NCBI GenBank assembly: GCA_965648905.1
Contig: CBFGIT010000001.1
Location: 8,704 to 72,703 of the forward strand
Length of the DNA stretch: 64,000 nucleotides
Source of the DNA: a candidate division WOR-3 bacterium
GTDB lineage: Bacteria > Hydrothermota > Tepidihabitantia > Tepidihabitantales > Tepidihabitantaceae
Direction of reading: 5' to 3'
Positions 47,850-56,930 of the stretch are shown piece after piece (positions within the stretch are counted from its first letter, which is position 1; every line of letters begins with the position of its first letter). Made by a program: the position numbers and the translations under genes. Under the pieces are notes generated by a model. That model had not been told where the DNA came from, did not search any database, and saw nothing but the letters and a program-made list of their open reading frames with translations.

Positions 47850-48182
47850 GTGTCAAGAACGACAAACGGTTCCAGGCCCGGAAGACTTGTTCTCGGCCTG
47901 GTCCTGCTTGCCGTTCTTGCCGCCCTGGCTCTGGTTCCGGTTGAGCTGGTCGAGCGCCTGCCTTCTCTCTGCCTGAACCGCCGCCTGTTCGGATTCTGCC
48001 CAGGCTGCGGTACAGTGCGTGCGCTCTCGCACCTGCTCCACGGCGACGTAGCCGGAGCACTCAGATACAACCTCAACTGCCTGATTGTCGCGCCGCTCCT
48101 GGTCGGACTCGCGGCTTGGCATGTCGTGACTGCCATGAAGCCGCGCGACCCGAGAAGAAAGGCTCAAATACCCGCAGCTTGA
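47850..48182 (+). CDS. DUF2752-like small membrane protein (CPGCG motif)
   Basis: GTG start, CPGCGTVRA motif and two TM helices. Frequent partner of TM2-domain proteins. Confidence 0.5.
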   Translation: MSRTTNGSRPGRLVLGLVLLAVLAALALVPVELVERLPSLCLNRRLFGFCPGCGTVRALSHLLHGDVAGALRYNLNCLIVAPLLVGLAAWHVVTAMKPRDPRRKAQIPAA

Positions 48183-48261
48183 GTTCGGCCAGTGCGCCTT
48201 GGTCGCTCGCGCCCGGACATGACCATTGACCGACCGCCATCCGGCTTTGTTTCTGCTCGCG

Positions 48262-48537
48262 TCATCTGGTCCAAGGTGCAGCGATAGCCCGCGTCAGCAC
48301 TGAAACCGAAGCCGCGACGCACGCCAAGACAGCGACCGGTCCAAACAGGCAAGAACCGGCACGCACAACTGCCTGAGCAACTGCTTGGGCAGCGGGCTCG
48401 GCGTTTGCTTCTGCCACCGCGCGCGATGCCGCTGGCGACAACGCCCGAAGTAGCTGTCCGACTTGCACTTGCGGCATCACGCCGCGCACGACCCAGAAGA
48501 GCGCCTGCCCAACTTCACTTCTTTTCATGCTAGCAGT
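48262..48537 (-). CDS. possible small hypothetical protein (Ala-rich, ~91 aa)
   Basis: ORF on the minus strand in an otherwise unassigned 560-bp region. Low-complexity, so weak. Confidence 0.2.
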   Translation of the reverse strand, partial: TASMKRSEVGQALFWVVRGVMPQVQVGQLLRALSPAASRAVAEANAEPAAQAVAQAVVRAGSCLFGPVAVLACVAASVSVLTRAIAAPWTR

Positions 48538-48745
48538 CATGGCGTGGGGGACGGCCTCCCCCCTGTCCACCTCCACGGTAGTATGAAGAAACAGCGGCAA
48601 ATCCGGCCCACAGAACCGTATAACACAGTGAAGACACCGGGACACGACCGGAAATGCGCGGGACTGTGCCTTGGTCTGGTGCGTCCAACGCACTGGCTGT
48701 CCCGCAAGTTCCGCACTGACCTGACCCGACTGGAGAAGTAACATC

Positions 48746-49126
48746 GTGAACAACAAAGACAGGCCGTTTCCCTCACCCGCAGCCGAACGCGCGGTGAACC
48801 GCTATGCCGCAAAGCTTGAACGCGGACTCGCCGACACACGCAGCGACCGGGACCTGGCCGCTCAGACCGGGCGCTATCGCGCCGCCGCCGAACACGCCGA
48901 CCTGCGCACCGTGCAACTGCGCCGGGTCCTGTGGGACATGGGCGTGCATTCCACGCTCTACTGCGTCTACCGTGCCTTCACTCTGCACGTCGACAGACAG
49001 GTCCGCAACTACGAACACGAGACCCTGCGAATCCTGGTCAACCACGCCATCGAGCGCTGGACCCGCCGCGGCTGCGACCCGGTTGTACTGAAGGCAATCT
49101 GCGTCCGCGTCTTCGCGTTGGGATGA
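48746..49126 (+). CDS. hypothetical protein
   Basis: 126-aa ORF with GTG start and reasonable codon bias; no motif recognised. Confidence 0.4.
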   Translation: MNNKDRPFPSPAAERAVNRYAAKLERGLADTRSDRDLAAQTGRYRAAAEHADLRTVQLRRVLWDMGVHSTLYCVYRAFTLHVDRQVRNYEHETLRILVNHAIERWTRRGCDPVVLKAICVRVFALG

Positions 49127-49620
49127 GTCGAGGCTTCAGTACCGCCGAGCTCGGGTCTGAGACTTGACTGGCCACTGGCGCTTGTTCCTTGGTCATTCCC
49201 CGCATTCTGCCCGTTGACCTGCCTCCTCGCCTCTCGCTCTCTGCCATCTTGACCTTTGATACTTACCCTTTGCCCTTTGACTTATCTCCTCGCCCTTCCA
49301 CGCCGGGTTCTCTGCCCAGAGCGGATTCAGGAGCCCCGGCCCAGACCGCAGCCGCAGTGACTGGCGCAGTGCCGGGCGCAGCGACAAGCGAAGCTCAAGC
49401 GGAACCAGCGGCCCCAACTTCTTCTCCGGCCAGCGCACCGATTAGGGCAACCCTGACCGTCTGGGTAGCCATGCAGGGAATGGTCACGCCGGCCCGCGTG
49501 AAGTCGGCGCGCTCGGTTAGAACGTCTGGTGGCGTTCAAACGCAGACGGAAGAGAGGACTCACGTAGCTGAAACTGCCGCCGCGCCCCAGCTTCCTTCAC
49601 TCAGTCCGGGCGCTGACGGG

Positions 49621-49648
49621 TCGGGGCGGCCCGAAGGCCGCCCCGAAT
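49621..49648 (-). terminator. perfect GC hairpin (GGGGCGGCC-cgaa-GGCCGCCCC) 25 nt downstream of the S8 protease stop
   Basis: 9-bp stem with a 4-nt loop. No U tract, which is common in high-GC genomes. Confidence 0.35.
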
Positions 49649-49673
49649 GAATCGGCGTCCGTGTCGGTTCGAG

Positions 49674-52600
49674 CTAGCGCTGGAGCACGAGTTTCTGACT
49701 GACTGAGTAAACGCCTGCGTTCAGACGCACCGTGTATACGCCGGCACTCAAGCCACGCAGGTCGAGCGGCAATGACGAAGTCCGAATGCCGAATGACGAG
49801 CGGAGGACGCGGCGGCCTGAGGCGTCGTAGATGCTGATGCTCGGGACACGATCCGAAATGCCGGGCACTTGGGTCATGTCCCAGCACAGCGTGGCGAAGC
49901 CGGAGCGGAGCGGGTTGGGCGTGATGGTGAACCCGGCCGGTCGCCTATCGAACGCCGAGGCCAGTACGCCAGACCGGGCTGCCCGGCCCGTGGCCAGGGG
50001 CAGTACGGTTGAGCCCGGTGTGTACATCCAGAACTCCTGGGTCTTGTTGCCCTTGAGCGCAAAGCACATGCCGGATCGGCCTGATACGTAGGGCGTGATG
50101 TCGCCGCCGAGCTTGACCTTCTTCTTCTTGCCGGTCGAGCCAAGCTCGGGCATCGCTTCCTGTTCCTGCCAGGAGTCGGCGGCAGCCAGGTATTTCCACA
50201 GCTCGGTTGTGTTACCGCCTTTGAGCGCGTAGACGCCGTCGTGCAACCACGCACCGGCCGCGCCGTCTTTCGACTTCTTGGACTTGCCCAGTCGGCCGAT
50301 GAGCGGCATGCCCGGCCGATTCGGACCCCAGGCATCGTCGATGATGTCATAGGCGAAGAGGACGTGATACTTGGCCTGGTGCACAAACACGGTCCGGTCG
50401 TCGTCATAGACCGCAAACGAGCCCGGGCCGAGCTTAAGTACGGGCGCGGGAATTGAGGCAAGTGGAGTCCAAGAGTCACTCACCGGGTCATAGCGGTAGA
50501 ACTCGTTCTTGTCGCCCTTGACAAGGTAGACCTTGCCCTGGGCATACGCGACATCAGCGCCGCCTTTGACCCGCCGGTTTGAGGTGCCGAGCGGGACCGG
50601 CTCAAGGGCTGACCAGGAGTCGTGTGCCGCATCGTACCGGTAGAAGCCCTGGGTGTTGTTGCCTTTGACCATGTAGACCAGGCCGTTACCGTCAGCGCAG
50701 GCATTGGCGCCTTTGCCGACCAACTTGTTCTCAACTCCGGCCGGAATCGGGCGGCGTGCGCTCCAGGAGTCGCCGACCGGGTCATAGGCGTAGAAGTCCG
50801 CGGTCTTGCCCCCGGCCGCAGCGTAGACCTTCATCGTTGCCGGCTCACCGACAACAAACGCACCAGCCTTGGCCGCAAGGGGCAGGCGGGCACGTTCAAG
50901 CCAGGGCGGCGGCGGCGGCCCGGTGATGAAGCTGAACTGACCGGTGAGCGTATCGTTGGCCGGGTTACCGTCGTAGGCAACACTGGTCGAGCAACGAGTC
51001 GTGTAGCTGCCTGGATCGTGTGGTTTGGGCAGAGTATCAAAGCCTACCATCACCGAACTGCCCGGAGCCAGACTGGTGACCGTGCGGCTGCTTGAGTAGA
51101 TGACCGAGTTGGCCTGGTCCAGAATCCGGAAGAACACGGTCGGCGCAGCGGCAAAGTTGCCCTGGTTGCGCACGGTTGCTGCCGGCACAACGACTGCGCC
51201 GGTATCGACACTGCCGACCGGAGAGTTGATTGCGCTCACGCCCACGTCCACCCGGCCGACGGTGAATGCCTGAGCTAGCGAATCGTTCGCCGGCACTTGA
51301 TCACCGCTCATCCTTGAGCGGCAGACCGCAGTGTACGATCCGGTCCAGGCATCCCAGTTCGGGAAGGTCGCGGTTGTATCGACACCCGAGGGCAGACCCA
51401 GAGGCAGGTCCAGGCTCTCAAGATACGCGGGCGATGAGTTGATGGCGAAGAACAGGCGGACCGGGTCGCGCTGCGTGCCGTAGTTGTGCACGACCGCGGC
51501 TGGCATGGTCGGCCCGGGCGGCACCATGCCTGAGGGCGACACAATCTGCGTTACACCGACATCACGCACCGCAACATAGACCGTGCCAAGCACCGTGTCG
51601 TTCGCGGCTACCATGTCTGCGGCGAGCATGGTCGTGCATCTTGTTGCTAGGGCACCGCGCTGGAGCGCGGTCCAGGACGCAAAGTTCACCGCCTGCGATG
51701 CACCGGCAGCCAGATTGGTCACGGTCTGGGTGTTCGAGTAGCCAGAGCCGATGTTGAGCCGGACATTGAACGTCGCCGCCTGAGTCCCGTTGTTCCGGAC
51801 TGTGGCCTGGGGCGCAATCACTGCGCCCGAATCGACCGTGCCGGTCGGAGCATTGATCGATACTGCCTCGGCGTCGAGCACGCGGACAAACACGTTCCCG
51901 GTCGCGATGTTGTTAGCCGGAACCATGTCACCAGTCAGCATCGTGGTGCATCTTGTCGCCAGAGTGCCGCGCTGGAGCGCGGTCCAGGACGCAAAGTTCA
52001 CCGCCTGTGACGCACCGGCGGCCAGATTGGTCACGGTCTGGGTGTTCGAGTAGCCGGAGCCGATGTCGAACCGGACATTGAATGTCGCCGCCTGAGTCCC
52101 GTTGTTCCGGACTGTGGCCTGGGGCGCAATCACTGCGCCCGAATCGACCGTGCCGGTCGGCACATTGATTGATACTGCTTCAGCATCGAGCACGCGCACA
52201 AGAACTGACCCGGTGTCACGGTCATTAGCCGGGGCAATGTCACCCGGGAGTTCGGTCGAGCATCGCACCACCTGGATACCGCGCGGCCAGTTCGAGCCGG
52301 CCAAGAAGGTCACATAGCGTGCCGTGCCCGGCGCATGAGCGGTGATGGCTGCGATCTGGTTGTAGCTCGACCCGATTCTCATCCGCACCTGGTAATCAAC
52401 CGTGCTCGAGCCGTAGTTGTACACTGTGCAGGCCGGAACCACCGACTGGGTCGAGTCGATCGTGCCGGTTGGTACTATGATGCGGCGCACGCCGACGTCG
52501 CCGACCTGGCGGCTGACGTCACCGGTAATGGTCCAGGCAAAGGGCTGGCGCGCGCTCGTTGCCACTTGGAAACCGTAAACCCGGATCGTCCAGACCCCGG

Positions 52601-54605
52601 TCGCCGGTGAGTTGACGCGGACGCACTCCTCAACGTTCAGCGTATCCCAGACAGTCGGGTTCGGCGTTGACTGGCCCCCAGAATACTGGTTGCCGCGATA
52701 GACTGTTCCGCCCGGAGCAATCACTTCGAGGTTCAGGTTGTTGACCAGGGTGCGCGACGCGCTGGGCGCGGCTGCAGTGTCGGTCCAGGCCAGGGCAACT
52801 CGCAGCGGAATCGAGGAGTTCACCACGAACTGCTCTTCCTTGTACTGGCCGGTGCTCACGCCCGAGGTGTCGTCTTTGATAATCAGCTTGCGCGTATCAC
52901 CAGCAAAATAGAGCACCGAGTCAGCATCAATCCGGCCCCAGCCGATATCGAAGCTAGGCACGACGTACGACCCGATGTTCGGGTCAGCCGAAGCAACGGC
53001 CATCGAACGCAGCAGGGCCGCGCTGATATACGAGATGCTGTCAGCCGGGTTCGCAGTTCCGGTCGGATAGTAGCCCTCACGCAGATAGCAGCGCATCAAA
53101 CCGACCGTGCCGTTGACTGCTGGCGTTGCCATTGAAGTTCCGGACATCTGCTGGTAGGTATTGGTCCCGGACGACGTCGCCGAGTACAGATTCACCCCTG
53201 GCGCGCAGACCGTCGGCTTCAGCCGATTGTCCGCGGTCGGCCCGCGGCTGGAAAAACTGGCAATGGCGTTCGACGAAGTGCCGTTCTGGGTCGCACCGAC
53301 CGTAATCACGTTCTTGGCAATACCGGGATTGCGGATCCGCCGCGTGCTCGTCTCGTTGCCGGCAGCCATGATATTGAGGAAATCCTTGTATACCCAGGAG
53401 TAGTTGTCGGTCGAGGCGTCCATCAGCAGATAGGTTCCGCTCGAGTTGGACCAGCCCCAACTTCCCGAGTGCTGACGAATCGGCCGCAGCGAGTCAGGCA
53501 GACCCCGGCCAAGATAGACCGAGTCCCAGAGCGGAGTCAGGTCATCGCTGATGACGAAGGTCCCGGAGCTGTTGGTCAGGTCAACAAAGTAGAGGCGTCC
53601 CTTGATTGACATGCCATCGTAGTAGCTGGTCCCGCCCGTGACCGAGTCGTCGCCCGCCACCGTGCCGTTGACGTGGCTGCCGTGGTAGGGCGTTTCACCC
53701 TGTTGTGCGCCCTGATACAGCTTGAACGCAACGACTTTGCGGTGCGTCGGCCATATCCCGGGCGCAGTCACCGACAGGTTCGGGTCACGGAAAAGGTTAT
53801 GGCCAAGGTTCAGTCCGGTGTCGGTCGTTGATAGAATCACCCGCTGGCCGCGCACACCTTTCGCCCAGACCTTGCGCGCCGTCATGCTCGTGTCCGGCGG
53901 CGCAGTTGACTGCCAGCCGGTCTGCACGACCCACTGGCAGTTGTTGTTACACAGCTCAGGCTCGGTCCAGAGCTGAACCCAGATAACCTCCTGCAGCCGG
54001 GCAATCGCCGGTATTGCCGAGGCCGGAACCGTCACCGTTATCGACGTGCAGAACTCAGACTCGACCACATCGGCATACGCCGCACCCTGGTCAGCCAGCA
54101 CCTGAAGAATGGGTCGGTGCTCCTCGCCCGGGGTCACGACGATGACCAGTTTGACGCTGCCCGAAGCACTAAGCAGTACGTCCTGTAACTTGTACGCCGG
54201 CTGAAACAGACCGACCCAGTGCACCATCGGCAATGCCTGGACTGCGGCCTTCTGGGCCGGTTCGAGCTTGGCCAGAACCGCGTAGCTCGGCAGGTAGCCG
54301 AAAGGCCGGACATCAATTCGCCTGAGCTCCTGATACCACTCCGGCCTTATCGGGCCGTTGAACTGGATGATGTGGTAGGCAGGGCCGGGCTGGTGTTCGG
54401 AAAGCGCCAGCTCCGGCGGGATTGCAGACACGCCGGTTCGGGTATCGACCACGAACCCGTTGGAAAAACTGACTTCGTTCAGCTCATTTCCTGCCACCGG
54501 GTCAAAGTGCCGCGCCGGGCCCATGCTGTAGTGCGATGACGGTCGGGCAGAACCGTTGCTGGCCAGCGCGCAAAGAACGGACAGGCAAACGACGAGCGCT
54601 TTCAT
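49674..54605 (-). CDS. subtilisin-like serine protease (S8) with I9-like propeptide, tandem CARDB domains, kelch-like beta-propeller and T9SS C-terminal sorting domain
   Basis: Catalytic triad motifs TDTGLNLGHNLF (Asp), HGSHVNGTVAG (His) and MSGTSMATP (Ser). Signal peptide from ATG 54605 with an AGGAGG SD. CTD ends VYTVRLNAGVYSVSQKLVLQR. Contains a tandem 312-bp duplication. Confidence 0.9.
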   Translation of the reverse strand: MKALVVCLSVLCALASNGSARPSSHYSMGPARHFDPVAGNELNEVSFSNGFVVDTRTGVSAIPPELALSEHQPGPAYHIIQFNGPIRPEWYQELRRIDVRPFGYLPSYAVLAKLEPAQKAAVQALPMVHWVGLFQPAYKLQDVLLSASGSVKLVIVVTPGEEHRPILQVLADQGAAYADVVESEFCTSITVTVPASAIPAIARLQEVIWVQLWTEPELCNNNCQWVVQTGWQSTAPPDTSMTARKVWAKGVRGQRVILSTTDTGLNLGHNLFRDPNLSVTAPGIWPTHRKVVAFKLYQGAQQGETPYHGSHVNGTVAGDDSVTGGTSYYDGMSIKGRLYFVDLTNSSGTFVISDDLTPLWDSVYLGRGLPDSLRPIRQHSGSWGWSNSSGTYLLMDASTDNYSWVYKDFLNIMAAGNETSTRRIRNPGIAKNVITVGATQNGTSSNAIASFSSRGPTADNRLKPTVCAPGVNLYSATSSGTNTYQQMSGTSMATPAVNGTVGLMRCYLREGYYPTGTANPADSISYISAALLRSMAVASADPNIGSYVVPSFDIGWGRIDADSVLYFAGDTRKLIIKDDTSGVSTGQYKEEQFVVNSSIPLRVALAWTDTAAAPSASRTLVNNLNLEVIAPGGTVYRGNQYSGGQSTPNPTVWDTLNVEECVRVNSPATGVWTIRVYGFQVATSARQPFAWTITGDVSRQVGDVGVRRIIVPTGTIDSTQSVVPACTVYNYGSSTVDYQVRMRIGSSYNQIAAITAHAPGTARYVTFLAGSNWPRGIQVVRCSTELPGDIAPANDRDTGSVLVRVLDAEAVSINVPTGTVDSGAVIAPQATVRNNGTQAATFNVRFDIGSGYSNTQTVTNLAAGASQAVNFASWTALQRGTLATRCTTMLTGDMVPANNIATGNVFVRVLDAEAVSINAPTGTVDSGAVIAPQATVRNNGTQAATFNVRLNIGSGYSNTQTVTNLAAGASQAVNFASWTALQRGALATRCTTMLAADMVAANDTVLGTVYVAVRDVGVTQIVSPSGMVPPGPTMPAAVVHNYGTQRDPVRLFFAINSSPAYLESLDLPLGLPSGVDTTATFPNWDAWTGSYTAVCRSRMSGDQVPANDSLAQAFTVGRVDVGVSAINSPVGSVDTGAVVVPAATVRNQGNFAAAPTVFFRILDQANSVIYSSSRTVTSLAPGSSVMVGFDTLPKPHDPGSYTTRCSTSVAYDGNPANDTLTGQFSFITGPPPPPWLERARLPLAAKAGAFVVGEPATMKVYAAAGGKTADFYAYDPVGDSWSARRPIPAGVENKLVGKGANACADGNGLVYMVKGNNTQGFYRYDAAHDSWSALEPVPLGTSNRRVKGGADVAYAQGKVYLVKGDKNEFYRYDPVSDSWTPLASIPAPVLKLGPGSFAVYDDDRTVFVHQAKYHVLFAYDIIDDAWGPNRPGMPLIGRLGKSKKSKDGAAGAWLHDGVYALKGGNTTELWKYLAAADSWQEQEAMPELGSTGKKKKVKLGGDITPYVSGRSGMCFALKGNKTQEFWMYTPGSTVLPLATGRAARSGVLASAFDRRPAGFTITPNPLRSGFATLCWDMTQVPGISDRVPSISIYDASGRRVLRSSFGIRTSSLPLDLRGLSAGVYTVRLNAGVYSVSQKLVLQR
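51597..52220 (-). repeat. near-perfect tandem duplication (2 x ~312 bp) encoding two almost identical CARDB domains inside the S8 protease gene
   Basis: Landmark gctggagcgcggtccaggacgcaaagttcaccgcctg recurs 312 bp apart. The translated repeats are >95% identical. Confidence 0.8.
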
Positions 54606-54689
54606 GGTGCCTCCTGGATTATTGCTCTGGACCGGGTGAAGTAATCCTACCGGGCATACCATGAAGTGTCAAAATCGGCCGGGCCGATG

Positions 54690-54717
54690 TTGAACCTCTG
54701 CCGGACTTGGCTAGAAT
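54690..54717 (+). promoter_or_regulatory. candidate promoter TTGAAC-16 nt-TAGAAT for the mttB-like operon
   Basis: Located in the 150-bp divergent intergenic region, ~35 nt upstream of ATG 54756. Confidence 0.35.
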
Positions 54718-54755
54718 CGCTTTCTATCCGCCGAACCTGCCCGAAAGGACCACTC

Positions 54756-56210
54756 ATGCGACCCGTACTGCGCCTGTTATCCGACAGCCTGGTTGAACAG
54801 GTCCTGGCCGAAGCCCGGACTCTCCTCTGCGGTCTGGGAATGATCGTGCACAACGACGCGGTGTTGCGACTGCTTGGTGAGCACGGTGCCGAAGTTGACC
54901 TTGCCCGCCACCATGTTCGGTTCAACAACGACATTATCGACTATGGCCTCAAATCCGCTCCCCGCTCATTCAAGCTGTTCGACCTGCTCGGCAACCAGAC
55001 CCATGAGTTTGCTGGCGACAACGTCTATTTCACCCCTGGCTCGGCCGCCTTGAATATCCTTGACTCCAGCACCGGCCAGATGCGGCGACCGAAGACTCCG
55101 GACTATGTCGAGTACGTTAAGCTCGTAAGCGGGCTTGACCACCTTGCGGCTCAGAGTACGGCGCTGATTCCTGATGACGTGCCGGAGCGCATCTCGGACA
55201 GCTATCGGCTGTATCTGAGCCTGCTCTTTGGCGAGAAGCCGGTTGTCACCGGCTGCTTCACTATCGAGTCGTTCGCGGTGATGCGTGACATGCAGGTCAC
55301 GGTCCGGGGTTCAATTGAGGCGCTTGCAGCCAAGCCGCTCACCATTTTCTCCTGCTGCCCGACTGCCCCGCTCAAGTGGAGCGATGTTACTTCTCAGAAC
55401 CTGGTCGACTGCGCAACCTGCGGCATTCCGGTCGAGTTCATCTCGATGCCTTTGTCCGGGTTCATGGCTCCGGTCACGCTCGTGGGAACACTGGTACAGC
55501 ACACGGCTGAGACCCTGAGCGGAGTAGTCATCAGTCAACTTGCCCGGCCGGGTACGCCGGTCCTCTATGGCGGCTCGCCGGCAATCTTCGACGTGCGGCG
55601 CGAAACCACGCCGATGGGTGCAATCGAGACGATGATGACCGACTGCGCTTACTCGGAAATCGGCAAGCATCTTGGCCTGCCGACCCAGGCCTATATTTCC
55701 TTGAGTGATGCCAAACTGCTCGATGCGCAGGCCGGACTTGAGACCGGGGTCGGCGCAATTCTCGCTGCCCTTTCTGGGATCAACAGCGTCTCCGGCCCGG
55801 GTATGCTCGACTTCGAAAGCTGCCAGAGCCTTGAGAAGCTCGTGCTCGACAACGAAGTCTGCGGCATGGCTGTGCGTCTTGTGCAGGGCATCGAGCCGAA
55901 GGACGACTTTCCAGCGCTGCCGCTCTTTGAGGAGCTGCTCAAAGAAGGTCATCTGCTCATCAGCCGCCATACCCGGCGCTGGCTCAAGACCGAGCACTTT
56001 TTCCCGGGTCCGGTTATTGATCGCGCCAACCACGGCCGCTGGCTTTCCGAGGGTGCTCTGACTCTGGCTGAGCGTGCCCGGCAGGAGAAAGAGCGTATCA
56101 TCAGTCGCTGGCAGCCGACAAGACTGCCTGAGGATGTGAAGAGAGAGCTGACCCGTCTGATGAGTGCTGAAGCCCGTCGCTGCGGGATGGAGCGCCTGCC
56201 CGCACTGTGA
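54756..56210 (+). CDS. MttB-superfamily (trimethylamine methyltransferase-like, non-pyrrolysine) substrate:corrinoid methyltransferase
   Basis: 484 aa with full-length similarity to the MttB/MtgB family (COG5598) and no in-frame UAG. Internal ATG with an aaagga SD. Confidence 0.85.
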   Translation: MRPVLRLLSDSLVEQVLAEARTLLCGLGMIVHNDAVLRLLGEHGAEVDLARHHVRFNNDIIDYGLKSAPRSFKLFDLLGNQTHEFAGDNVYFTPGSAALNILDSSTGQMRRPKTPDYVEYVKLVSGLDHLAAQSTALIPDDVPERISDSYRLYLSLLFGEKPVVTGCFTIESFAVMRDMQVTVRGSIEALAAKPLTIFSCCPTAPLKWSDVTSQNLVDCATCGIPVEFISMPLSGFMAPVTLVGTLVQHTAETLSGVVISQLARPGTPVLYGGSPAIFDVRRETTPMGAIETMMTDCAYSEIGKHLGLPTQAYISLSDAKLLDAQAGLETGVGAILAALSGINSVSGPGMLDFESCQSLEKLVLDNEVCGMAVRLVQGIEPKDDFPALPLFEELLKEGHLLISRHTRRWLKTEHFFPGPVIDRANHGRWLSEGALTLAERARQEKERIISRWQPTRLPEDVKRELTRLMSAEARRCGMERLPAL

Positions 56211-56929
56211 GAGCTATCTGCCGATTCGCTGCCACCGACTGCATTCCAGACCGGAGAGACGTGCTTTCAGCCGAAGGCATGGCTGGTTCGAGCCCGGCTT
56301 CAGCCGTGACCGAAGAGCTTCTTACCCGCGCCTTGGCCATGTTCAGCGCGAAGGCAACTCCGGTCGGTGTCTACGCCGACATCAGTATTCCAGAGTTCAG
56401 CGCGGTCTTTGCCGGCGAAGGTCAGAACGACCCTGAGGCGCCGCTTCGTAATATCTTCCCGAGAGCAGACAAGCTCGCCTTGTTTGCCTGTACGGTCGGC
56501 CCAGAGCTGAACCGGCAAATAGCTGACCTGTTCGAGCAGCACGAGTACGCGCTCGGGTATGTGCTTGACGCGGTTTCATCCTGCGGTACCGAGCGTCTTG
56601 CCGACCTGGTTCAGGCTGGCTGGGCGCGGGACATGAACGAATTGTCCGACAATTCGTATCGTGTCCCAAGCCCGCTGGTCGCCCTCGCCTACAGCCCGGG
56701 CTACTGCGGCTGGCACGTTTCTGCTCAGCGGCAGCTGTTCCGGTTTCTGAGGCCGGAGGAGATCGGCATCACCCTCAGGGAAAGCTGCCTGATGGAGCCG
56801 CTCAAGTCGGTTTCGGGCGTGTTCGTTCTTGGCCCGAGAGAGATTCACCAGTTCGACAACACTCTTGGTTTCTGCACCGAGTGTCGGTCTGCCACCTGTC
56901 GCGGCCGGCAGCAATCAGCAAAGGAGTAA
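56207..56929 (+). CDS. MetH-type AdoMet-binding reactivation domain protein (Met_synt_B12-like)
   Basis: C-terminal region AYSPGYCGW..ITLRESCLMEPLKSVSGVFVLGP matches the MetH activation domain signature (RYSxGY..LTESxAMxPxxSVSG). The start is GTG 56207 (overlapping the MttB stop) or ATG 56279. Confidence 0.6.
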   Translation: MRAICRFAATDCIPDRRDVLSAEGMAGSSPASAVTEELLTRALAMFSAKATPVGVYADISIPEFSAVFAGEGQNDPEAPLRNIFPRADKLALFACTVGPELNRQIADLFEQHEYALGYVLDAVSSCGTERLADLVQAGWARDMNELSDNSYRVPSPLVALAYSPGYCGWHVSAQRQLFRFLRPEEIGITLRESCLMEPLKSVSGVFVLGPREIHQFDNTLGFCTECRSATCRGRQQSAKE

Positions 56930-56930
56930 G

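Noticed and set aside
49189-49650. 153-aa ORF in the region downstream of the S8 protease gene
   Set aside because: Pro/Ala/Ser-rich, low-complexity, with no start context. It sits in the heptad-periodic pyrimidine tract and is more likely non-coding.
49781-49794. CCGAATG CCGAATG direct heptamer duplicate
   Set aside because: It falls in the conserved CTD-coding sequence (SFGIRTS). The paralogous C25 gene has the homologous non-repeated sequence, so this is coincidental and not part of the heptad-repeat phenomenon.
49848-49862. 15-nt exact match (reverse strand) to the core of the 46-bp mini-repeat, inside the S8 protease CTD region
   Set aside because: It may be a vestigial third copy, but it could also reflect shared SDRVP coding with biased codons. 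It is too short to call an element copy, so it is mentioned only as a caveat in the mini-repeat finding.
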